In this document: one piece after another, positions 26,501 to 33,896 of the stretch
Numbering within the stretch: position 1 is the first letter of the stretch
How the letters are laid out: every line of letters starts with the position of its first letter
IMG/VR virus record: IMGVR_UViG_3300037789_000045
Location: 1 to 35,856 of that record
Length of the DNA: 35,856 bases
Strand: one strand, 5' to 3'
From: a virus
Lineage: Duplodnaviria > Caudoviricetes
Notes under the pieces: model-generated
Told to the model about the DNA's origin: nothing
The model's database searches: none
The model's input: only the letters and a program-made list of their open reading frames with translations
Translations under genes and position numbers: made by a program

Positions 26501-27585
26501 CCATTGTCGTTATTGTCCTGTGCATCCCATCCGTTGCGTGCCGCAAAGGTGCGTTCTTCGAAAAACTTAAGAACAGTGTTATGCGAGTTATCAATGGAAT
26601 AGCCAAAGCCATCGCTGTTATTGTCTGTTGAGCTACATTCCACGCAATAGGAATATGCAGCATCTCTAATGTCTAGTCCTGCCGTTGTGTCTGCGTATCT
26701 AAATGCGGATTTATAACCTACAAAAGTGCCGTCATTTGTACCAGAATAACTAAGTTTTACAGGTCTTCGCCCCCAAAACTCTATACCTTCCGCATAAAGG
26801 GTAATGTCGTTTGTTACATCAACATTATCAACAGCGAGCATGACATAAACATCTTCATCAGGCTCGCGTGAATCGTGTGTGTGAATGTATAAGGTTCCGC
26901 CTGTCTCATACCAAGATCCAGCATTGGCTTGTACATTTGCAATACTGCTTTCTTTATCGTAAGGAATCGGAACTTCTGTTGTCCCGTCTGTCAGATATTC
27001 GCCGCTGCGCGTGTGTGTACGATCAACAATGTTTGTAACATTGTTTCTTGTAGTGGAATAAACATTATCATTCGGAGAGCTTTGCTGAGTCCACGTGAAA
27101 TAATCCCCCAGCCTCCCCCTAAATATAATAACAGTTCCAGCCCCATCGGCGGCAACTAATGCCGTGTCTACCGTGGGATTATACCCATCAAATCCACTAA
27201 ACACTCCGTTGCCGTCATGATAAACACCGCTAACTAAATTAATTACAGCAGGGTTGTCTGCCTCAGCCGTTGGAATATCTGCATAGGCTTGCGCTCGGCT
27301 TGATCCATCGTTGGAATTATCGCCGTTAACTAAATCAACCCATCTTTCAGTCCCAGAGGGCTTTAATGTTGTGTGATCAAAGGAGGTTGTAGAATTACTA
27401 TATACGGTAATCCCTGAATCCCAGTATTCAGTGAATAAAGTAGGTTCTTCTACCTCAGCGCTGAATATACCGACATTGCTTGCTACTGAAGGGCTTACAG
27501 CATTACCAATAAGTTGAGCATCAGCCTGTAAAGCTGATGCCGCAAATATTAGTAATGATAATAAAAATGTCTTTATCGACCGCAT
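23575..27585 (-). CDS. Signal-peptide-bearing putative head fibre/depolymerase: beta-helix, SGNH esterase, 3 Ig-like repeats, LamG-like C-terminus
   Basis: MRSIKTFLLSLLIFAASALQADA|Q; DGF.Y/NGST.H beta-helix motifs; GQS, GNTD, DDTH SGNH blocks. Confidence 0.8.
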   Translation of the reverse strand: MRSIKTFLLSLLIFAASALQADAQLIGNAVSPSVASNVGIFSAEVEEPTLFTEYWDSGITVYSNSTTSFDHTTLKPSGTERWVDLVNGDNSNDGSSRAQAYADIPTAEADNPAVINLVSGVYHDGNGVFSGFDGYNPTVDTALVAADGAGTVIIFRGRLGDYFTWTQQSSPNDNVYSTTRNNVTNIVDRTHTRSGEYLTDGTTEVPIPYDKESSIANVQANAGSWYETGGTLYIHTHDSREPDEDVYVMLAVDNVDVTNDITLYAEGIEFWGRRPVKLSYSGTNDGTFVGYKSAFRYADTTAGLDIRDAAYSYCVECSSTDNNSDGFGYSIDNSHNTVLKFFEERTFAARNGWDAQDNNDNGSTAHDEAVGIRVGSEYTANYGPNMVDVLGAKSWNYDIYAHNSNGTSSGDSNFQTGTYNDNSPSIVWIQNSRSAGSTYDRYRTSGGHIVSLGSFSGDATDFGTIYGASDDLDLNILVLGQSVADYMFNDVNLTDPTIGIDTLKETLFEYYGKLTVIDGAKAGISINADNAGAAGSYLNSSDAKSTDYTAQITTNVTAAGLVNSEIDFIPIVIGNTDAAGIDAGSSTKAEVKTSYNAFLGILESDFSNAKIGISPVGADTNSTEFTGYREYGQIESELLADNEAYFIPSYVNKSYRDDTHLDDDGAGDYWADVGERIAALEGKRSTGGTVGASVSSMTFDIDSNQIYVNYTLDDGNAISQADAASLETDMFTFDVDGTLYNASYAVLEKSNDRIRARTNGYTLVGNEVITLNAMNTTFRNATLSNILADANDLPLQKNTAIQQTVTTVAPSNSVLPVITGTERQGETLTCSTGTWSGTPTPTYAYGWERSGVDISGETSSTYLLAVADVGETITCVVTATNIAGAVEAESAATGIIEQEYVAPVNTVLPVISGTEQQGETLSVTDGTWTGYPAPSITYQWQRGGVNISGATSNTYLLAAADVGETITCEVTGTNAEGSATAETAATGTIDPENSAPVNSVLPVISGTEQVGETLSCSTGTWSGFPTPTYTYQWENTGVDISGATSSTYLVDATDEGDTLTCDVTATNSEGAATAESAATGTIAAASAGATGLAGLSEFSGDSVVEWWVHLTDSVANDTTQTIAEYSGDTNLDFWNGNDSGSSDDVTISGSGTSSGYIEATDAGDYLVSKNDAATATIWNRLVRSDQDVTYIIALRTPSSIGTAFYVNVDSAASGDPDFRILSVSGNMEVRVADGAGTFKNTNMGALSASTDYLIAIKQSGTALSYSMNATSFTSGTAIGTNTDNATSNIGILATDTGTTGATGARLYGMAIIDRAISDSDLVAARTYANDNTPWSN
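24325..25161 (-). repeat. Three tandem 279-bp (93-aa) Ig-like repeats
   Basis: AP.N.VLPVI.GT...GETL...GTW.G.P.P...Y.W starts at 25161, 24882, 24603. Confidence 0.92.
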
Positions 27586-27917
27586 ACTATTGTAGCTGTT
27601 GTTGAAGTGTTAACTTTTGAAATCATAGCAGGAATCAACTGACCTGCTATAACTGTGATTGTGACACTTGAAGCATTCTTAATAGGGGTAATTGTTAAAT
27701 CACCAGCAGTTTCAACAATACACCCACGCAAAGGAGGATCATATGTCGTTACATCAGAAGCGGTAATTTGCAGCACCTCTTCAAAGGGTGCGTATGCGTC
27801 ACGAGTATTTGTGGCGCTCTTGGTTTGCTGTGCATAAGCCTTTTCAAAAGGCGCGACAAGCAAAAAGGCCACTAGAAGTCCTAGAAAATTAGATGCTAAA
27901 AAACTTGGTAAATTCAT
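27573..27917 (-). CDS. Head-spike base protein (RcGTA Rcc01079-like) with signal peptide
   Basis: IT.SD...RG..V..AGDL.I...VT..V.AG..IP....V...TA.IV pattern; GAGG RBS; AYA|Q site. Confidence 0.78.
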   Translation of the reverse strand: MNLPSFLASNFLGLLVAFLLVAPFEKAYAQQTKSATNTRDAYAPFEEVLQITASDVTTYDPPLRGCIVETAGDLTITPIKNASSVTITVIAGQLIPAMISKVNTSTTATIVCGR

Positions 27918-27930
27918 AATATCCTCTTTC

Positions 27931-28197
27931 TTATGGCAATTTTTCATTGCGGGCAATTCGGTTTTTATCTCTCAGCTTTTTATAGCCTACCATCATTTTT
28001 TCCAAAACTGAACAGCCATTGCAATTATAATAGCTATCAAGAATGTCTAACTCATCGGCGGCAACGGATTGCTCATTTTCCGTATACCCTATGGGCTTTG
28101 CAACTGTTAGCTTTTTTGTCGGTGCGTCAAAGTCTGCCTTTGCGCAAGATACCGTTCCTAAAGCTATCAGGATCATAAGAAATCGAGTCCACTTCAT
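27931..28197 (-). CDS. o-spanin (Rz1-like lipoprotein)
   Basis: MKWTRFLMILIALGTVS|C lipobox; overlaps the i-spanin 3' end. Confidence 0.75.
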   Translation of the reverse strand: MKWTRFLMILIALGTVSCAKADFDAPTKKLTVAKPIGYTENEQSVAADELDILDSYYNCNGCSVLEKMMVGYKKLRDKNRIARNEKLP

Positions 28198-28435
28198 CCT
28201 GCTTCTCTCTTATATTAACATCTCTTTCGATAACCTTCATATTGGCAGAGGTTTGTAGAATTTTTTGTAACTTCCAACCACTATAAAACCCGCCAAACAA
28301 GCACATAACAGCTATAGCCACCATCGCATAAAGCATAAATCTGTTGCGAAAAACAAACTTAGCTACTTTAGCGTAATTGAATATTTGAAATATCATTGTA
28401 GACCCAAAAATATTTATTAAGAGCCGTTCCACCAA
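28127..28435 (-). CDS. i-spanin (Rz-like; true start probably 28396 or later)
   Basis: Single TM followed by helical region, after endolysin. Confidence 0.7.
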   Translation of the reverse strand: MVERLLINIFGSTMIFQIFNYAKVAKFVFRNRFMLYAMVAIAVMCLFGGFYSGWKLQKILQTSANMKVIERDVNIREKQDEVDSISYDPDSFRNGILRKGRL

Positions 28436-28851
28436 GACGACACATCAAAGCAAGGGCAAGCTTTATAACGATCCTTATCCCTATGTCCAAGAACTTCAGC
28501 TTGCGGAAATTCAGCCTTTAACTGCCCTATAAGAGCCTCTAGTGACTTCATTTGCTCTTTTGTATAATTAAAGTCAGGCCTTCCAACCCAATCAACACCA
28601 CCAACCAAGCAAACGCCAAGAGAAACAGAATTAAGCCCTCGAACATGAGCGCCTGTTTCCTCCATAAAATCACCATCTTGATCTAAATCTCTTCCGCCTT
28701 CTACTGTGCCATTCCTGCGTATAACATAATTGTAGCCTATATCTTTCCATCCTCGCCTTAAGTGCCACTCCCTAATTTCGCAAGCCCCTATATCAAGGTT
28801 TGGCTTAGTTGCCGAGCAATGAACAAAGATATAATCAGTACGGCTTCTCAT
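28417..28851 (-). CDS. Endolysin, T7 gp3.5-like N-acetylmuramoyl-L-alanine amidase
   Basis: VHCSAT, WH..RGW.DIGY, GAHV.G.N, GHRD, KACP.F. Confidence 0.95.
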   Translation of the reverse strand: MRSRTDYIFVHCSATKPNLDIGACEIREWHLRRGWKDIGYNYVIRRNGTVEGGRDLDQDGDFMEETGAHVRGLNSVSLGVCLVGGVDWVGRPDFNYTKEQMKSLEALIGQLKAEFPQAEVLGHRDKDRYKACPCFDVSSWWNGS

Positions 28852-29054
28852 TATTCAGATTCTCCGTGTTTCCATTTTTTCACGGTTCTCATGCCAGCAA
28901 ACCACATAAGCGGCATTGTAACCGCGCCTATAAGAATACCCAAGGCGGTTAGATCCGATCCTTCATATATTCCATAGCAAGCTATTAAGAATGCGGCGAT
29001 AAAAGCATGATAGCAAGCCTTTCTTTCGCTTGTCCTGTGTCCTCGTGTAGCCAT
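28851..29054 (-). CDS. Putative holin (2 TM)
   Basis: Two hydrophobic helices, basic C-terminus, adjacent to endolysin. Confidence 0.65.
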   Translation of the reverse strand: MATRGHRTSERKACYHAFIAAFLIACYGIYEGSDLTALGILIGAVTMPLMWFAGMRTVKKWKHGESE

Positions 29055-29377
29055 TATTTATCAGCCTTTTCGTCTAATTTATCAAAAATTTTATCCTGCT
29101 TGCGCTCAATTCGGCCTAACGCTCTCTCAATGTCTTTTTGATATAGATCAAATTTTGCATTAATATTTTTGATAACTATATCTGCCTTCTGCTCTATGCG
29201 CTCATCTTCTTTGTGTAAACCATTTAAACGTGTTTCAACACTTGAAGCCCACCATAGGCCGCTAACCAGTATACATATTAAAGTGACCAACTGCCCTATT
29301 GTTACTTCTTTTTTTAAATGCCACCCTGCCACAATAACCTCTTCTGCATATTCTTTTTCTTTCGTCATGTAGGCCAC
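29054..29377 (-). CDS. Single-TM coiled-coil lysis-region protein (holin/antiholin-like)
   Basis: WHLKKEV.IG..TM then coiled coil. Confidence 0.6.
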   Translation of the reverse strand: MAYMTKEKEYAEEVIVAGWHLKKEVTIGQLVTLICILVSGLWWASSVETRLNGLHKEDERIEQKADIVIKNINAKFDLYQKDIERALGRIERKQDKIFDKLDEKADK

Positions 29378-29892
29378 CCCACAGTTATATCATAATCTAA
29401 TATATCCTGTTTCGCATTGAGATTGTTAATATTTTCTTTATGCAACCATGCTTGATTTTTGATTGCGTACACATAAGCAAAGGTTGCCTGTATGAAAATC
29501 TGAACTTCGCTGTCTGACATTTGAATAGCTTCATTGTTTGAAGTTCGCCATGAACCGCCATGTGGATTGGAATTTCCTAGTGCAAATTGAAGCATAATAG
29601 CGGTCATGTCTTTTTGCGCCTCAAGATCACACTGAAAAAGATTATCCTGATACATAAACCCGTTTTTATACTTTTGATTGCGTAAAGCAGATACTTCCTT
29701 CAAACGCTCGGCCTTAACTTCATCAACTGTTTTGAGGCTTTCAGGAGAGGAAAAAGAATTTCCGTCAAAATGCCACCCTTCCTCAACTGCTTCATTGGCT
29801 TCGACCCAAACTAAAGAGGGGTGAAATTCTGGCAATCTGTCACCTTCGTAAATCTCTACTACTTTTTCATCTTCTATGCGCGCAAATTTCAT
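29365..29892 (-). CDS. Tail fibre assembly protein (DUF4376-like)
   Basis: FHPSLVW, WRT.NN, C-terminal GWP. Confidence 0.8.
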   Translation of the reverse strand: MKFARIEDEKVVEIYEGDRLPEFHPSLVWVEANEAVEEGWHFDGNSFSSPESLKTVDEVKAERLKEVSALRNQKYKNGFMYQDNLFQCDLEAQKDMTAIMLQFALGNSNPHGGSWRTSNNEAIQMSDSEVQIFIQATFAYVYAIKNQAWLHKENINNLNAKQDILDYDITVGWPT

Positions 29893-29894
29893 AA

Positions 29895-31802
29895 TTAATA
29901 CTCCACAATACAAATTCCTTGTGCGCCGTTACCGCCACTAGTTGCGCCGCTGCCGCCGCTTCCTATTGTAACCGCAACGCGGCTTGTTAAATTGGAAATA
30001 TATTTAATAGACGTACCGCCGCCGCCACCGCCACCGCCTGTGCCTTGGGAACTTACGCCGCCGCCGCCGCCGCCGCCGCCGTAATTATTTCCCGCGCTCC
30101 CTGATCCTGTTACATCGCTACCAGTGTCAAAATCTGTATGCGCCTTTCCACCGCCCCCCATAGTTGAGCATCCCCCAGCGCCGCCATAATTAGCCTCTAA
30201 TCCACTAACGTCTATTACAAATCCATTACCCCCATCTTGCCCAGTGATATTAACATCACCACCAGACCCAGAGCCGCCGTTTCCGCCTGTAGCCTCGCCT
30301 ACTGTAGCCGCTCCGCTTTGCCCTGCACTTCCACCAGTTGCAGAGCATTCAGACCCGAATGACGTTGTTCCGCCACTTGAGCCGCTTCCGCTGCTTCCAC
30401 CCGCGCCGCCGCCGCCGCCAACAACAGTGACCTTGGCATTATCCACATTAGGAAGGGGCAGGTATTCACCCGAAGAAGTAAATACCTCTACCTTTGCTTG
30501 ATTGTTATTCTTTGAATTCGCTGATGTTAAATCACTTGAACCATCGTTATAGCAGACACCGACATAGCGCCATGTATGATATGGATGATAAAACCCTTGC
30601 AAATCAGCTACTCGATTATATGGTCGTTCATCTGAAATAATCGTGTCACCCTGCTCGGTAACGTAAAGGTAATAAAGCGTATCACTCGCTTCCGTTAACC
30701 CGCTCTCAAGATCGCTTGAAATATCCCATTCAACAGGTGCGCCGTGATAATCTTTAGTAGCCCCATATACTGAAATGGAAGAATACGCTTTAGCTGATCT
30801 TACTTTAGTAACGCTCTCTAGCGTGACTTCCAGATCAACAAAATCAGAAAATGATTTAGAAAAATCTAATGAACGTGTTGCAATACAATCCGTACCATCA
30901 ATAACAACAAGCCCTAAAAGAGTTCTATCAATAGTAATCCAATTAGCGCCATCGTAACGCTTCCAGATATTATTAACCTGATCAAACCAGTAATCATCCG
31001 TTACACCGCTAGCAGGTTCATCCGCCTGGATATATGGGGATCTATAAGACACGTCAAATGTCGTACCGTTATCCTCACCAAAAACCCATCCTAAGCTCAT
31101 AAGTGTTAATGTGTCATTATTTGATAGTGTTTCACGCACAATAGGATCGCCGCTATCGTCAAAGAAGAATCCTCTAAAGCAGTTTCTTAGCGTTGTCGCA
31201 GATTCAACAAAAGCCAACATAATTTCATTTGTGCCTTTGAGTGCTACGTATTCCCCTACGCGGCTTGTAATTTCACTGCCAGCCGTGTCAATTGTTATTG
31301 TGCCTGTGCCTTCGCCTTCGTATTTTGTAGAGTTGCCCCCAGAATAAGAAGAATCGTTAATAAGGCATGTGTTATTTGTTGAAGGCGCTACCGTTAAAGA
31401 TGAAACTGTTATATCCGTTGAAACGGTTGCTGATGTTGCGTTAGCTGTGTAAACAAGGTTTGTTGTAGCCCCTAAAATGTCAAACTCAGCGCCGCCACCA
31501 GATCCAGCAGCCCTAAGAAAGTCAGGTTGCCCCGATGCTGCACGAGTCGCCCCAGAAATTACAGCGTTGTTAGAATTTGTCGCGCCGAGGTTATCGAAAT
31601 CAATAACTCTACCACCAACATTTACATTATTCGTGTAGACCGTCCCCCAAGGAACCGCAGCCGTACCAAGGTTTTGACCAGAAGTTGGAGAGCCGCCCGC
31701 TGCTCGCCCCACAAAATCAACGCGCATAGCGTTGCGAATATCATTGATATGATCAAGTTCAACAGTTGGAGCTGTTACATCAGGTAAATTTCCCGTACCC
31801 AT
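29895..31802 (-). CDS. Tail fibre protein with glycine-rich C-terminal domain
   Basis: FTSSG...VVGGGGG...G.GA.G.CIVEY. Confidence 0.85.
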   Translation of the reverse strand: MGTGNLPDVTAPTVELDHINDIRNAMRVDFVGRAAGGSPTSGQNLGTAAVPWGTVYTNNVNVGGRVIDFDNLGATNSNNAVISGATRAASGQPDFLRAAGSGGGAEFDILGATTNLVYTANATSATVSTDITVSSLTVAPSTNNTCLINDSSYSGGNSTKYEGEGTGTITIDTAGSEITSRVGEYVALKGTNEIMLAFVESATTLRNCFRGFFFDDSGDPIVRETLSNNDTLTLMSLGWVFGEDNGTTFDVSYRSPYIQADEPASGVTDDYWFDQVNNIWKRYDGANWITIDRTLLGLVVIDGTDCIATRSLDFSKSFSDFVDLEVTLESVTKVRSAKAYSSISVYGATKDYHGAPVEWDISSDLESGLTEASDTLYYLYVTEQGDTIISDERPYNRVADLQGFYHPYHTWRYVGVCYNDGSSDLTSANSKNNNQAKVEVFTSSGEYLPLPNVDNAKVTVVGGGGGAGGSSGSGSSGGTTSFGSECSATGGSAGQSGAATVGEATGGNGGSGSGGDVNITGQDGGNGFVIDVSGLEANYGGAGGCSTMGGGGKAHTDFDTGSDVTGSGSAGNNYGGGGGGGGVSSQGTGGGGGGGGTSIKYISNLTSRVAVTIGSGGSGATSGGNGAQGICIVEY

Positions 31803-31848
31803 ATGTTAAAATTCCTTCATTTTTCTAACATTACTTTACACATTAGCC

Positions 31849-33078
31849 CTAAAAAACACCATCACCAAATTCAGTGCCAGCTACACGAAGCTTAAGAACA
31901 CGGCTTAAACTTTTGGGTTTTTCCCGAATTGCGATAACCTTCCATTTGACAGAAGGATCAATTTTATAAGAGCCGAAACTTTGCGGATATTTAGCAGTTC
32001 CGTATTGCGCCACACCATACAGCGGAACATGATCTTCACCATCAGCGGGTACAATACGATAATTCAAATCAATGCTAACCATATCTAATAATTCAATATC
32101 TTTTGAATCAACTAAAGGAACTTCTATTTCAAGCTCCTGCTTTGGTGCTTTGAATTGATTCAAAATGTTTGTAGCTATTGATTCGATATTGTCCGTATCT
32201 GTCATAAAAGAGAGAGATACATCTTTTTGCCTAAATCCATAAAGCTCTAAATATGCCTCATCTGTCTTGACTGTTTCATTGATTTTTACAGAAGAAAAAG
32301 CCCGCTGCACTCCTGTATTAAAATTGTTAATACTTAATATGTTCTCGCGCCCGTACAAATCACCTCGACCATAAAAATAAAAGACATTACTGCTTTCAGT
32401 TCTTGGCTTCACATAAACTGTATCTGTGTTATCAACTACCAAAATTGAATTTGAAGCCAGTAACAATTCATCCAAGGCTTCTTTCGCGCTCAAATCCGTA
32501 AAGTAATCGCCGTTATCAATAGCTAAATCAAGATCAACGGTAATATTAGCAGGATCATATGTAAGAACATTGGTAATAGCAGGGACATTTAATATAGACT
32601 TAATAGCACTGCTGAATAGCTGAGTCGCTGTAACGCTACCACCCGAAACACGCACTTGCCGCAAAATACTATCTAAGCTAAATACTCGGAATTTAACGTC
32701 ATTAGAAAGCACATCTGCGCGGGTTGCATCATCATTAATTAGCCCCTTAAAGCTAAATTGATTGTTTCCAAGACCGTCATAATATTTGACATGTACTTTT
32801 GTCCTATCTCTCTTATAGGGGAAAATACTTTTCCAATCTTCGGCAGGTGAAAATTTACGATCATGATTGATGCAACGCAATGTTAAATCACCAAAGGTAA
32901 AAACGCCTATATCAAAATCGCCGTTATCAATCTCATTTATGATATTTGATATGTCTTGTGTAAGATCCGTTATGTCAACATCTTGCGTAACGTCAACTTC
33001 CGTTCCGTAGGTGTCCTCATCAATCAAGGTTGTAAACAAGACCTGATAACGTGGAAACGTATGTAAATCAGTTGCCAT
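31849..33078 (-). CDS. Tail tip/hub protein
   Basis: Synteny and size. Confidence 0.6.
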   Translation of the reverse strand: MATDLHTFPRYQVLFTTLIDEDTYGTEVDVTQDVDITDLTQDISNIINEIDNGDFDIGVFTFGDLTLRCINHDRKFSPAEDWKSIFPYKRDRTKVHVKYYDGLGNNQFSFKGLINDDATRADVLSNDVKFRVFSLDSILRQVRVSGGSVTATQLFSSAIKSILNVPAITNVLTYDPANITVDLDLAIDNGDYFTDLSAKEALDELLLASNSILVVDNTDTVYVKPRTESSNVFYFYGRGDLYGRENILSINNFNTGVQRAFSSVKINETVKTDEAYLELYGFRQKDVSLSFMTDTDNIESIATNILNQFKAPKQELEIEVPLVDSKDIELLDMVSIDLNYRIVPADGEDHVPLYGVAQYGTAKYPQSFGSYKIDPSVKWKVIAIREKPKSLSRVLKLRVAGTEFGDGVF

Positions 33079-33896
33079 TAGGGAATAACCTCTTCAAACG
33101 AATAGCGCCCTGTAACGCCCAAAGAATACACATTCTTTTCATAGCCATTTTGAAGATTGTTGTCTATTTGCATAGGCATTAGATCGCCAAGTTTCCATCC
33201 CCTTTGCTTAATTCTAAAGTTATCGGGCTTGCCCCCACACAGCCACACCAGAAAAGATTTTTCTCTCTCATGCAAGGAATCTAGAATATCTACATCAGCC
33301 TGATAGGGGTAATTTAAAAGCCTTAAGTTAAACGATCTTGCTTCATAGCTTTTTTCAATGATAGACCGTCCCGTTATTGTCTTGTCCCTTGTAGGGTTTC
33401 TGCTTATTTGCACATTGGTTAATTCTGGAAAGCCCGCCAATGTCCCAAGCTCGTTAGTCACAATAATTTGCGTTACATGCTTTTCTTCATCGGCTGTTTG
33501 GGTTGTGTCCATTGTAAGGATTAAATCGTCCAAACTAACAGCATCAAATTCATAATATGCAGTTTCTCTATTATAAGCTGTTTCTGATATGCCAGTTAGC
33601 CCAGTACCATCAAGAGAATTTACATTTGTAAATGACCCATCGTTAGAAGTGATGCTAAAGTTTTTAAGATTATGCCCTAGAATAAAAATCCTAGACACGC
33701 TTACCGTATTAGGAAAAGTAAGGGTAAGGGTTTCCTGCGTTGTGTCGTCTGATCCGTTAGATTCCCATCTAAGATATTGATTAGATCCTAGCGCAAGGTT
33801 TTGTGCAGCCGTATTACTTGAAGCAACGGCTGTTATCCCATCTTTGAACAGGGAAAGACTTCTATCAAAAAACGAAATTCCACCACTTAAGCTCAT
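33078..33896 (-). CDS. Distal tail protein-like
   Basis: Directly follows tape measure. Confidence 0.6.
   Translation of the reverse strand: MSLSGGISFFDRSLSLFKDGITAVASSNTAAQNLALGSNQYLRWESNGSDDTTQETLTLTFPNTVSVSRIFILGHNLKNFSITSNDGSFTNVNSLDGTGLTGISETAYNRETAYYEFDAVSLDDLILTMDTTQTADEEKHVTQIIVTNELGTLAGFPELTNVQISRNPTRDKTITGRSIIEKSYEARSFNLRLLNYPYQADVDILDSLHEREKSFLVWLCGGKPDNFRIKQRGWKLGDLMPMQIDNNLQNGYEKNVYSLGVTGRYSFEEVIP

Noticed and set aside
30015-30081. (CCG)n microsatellite as a phase-variation tract
   Set aside because: In-frame poly-Gly codons typical of the glycine-rich fibre domain
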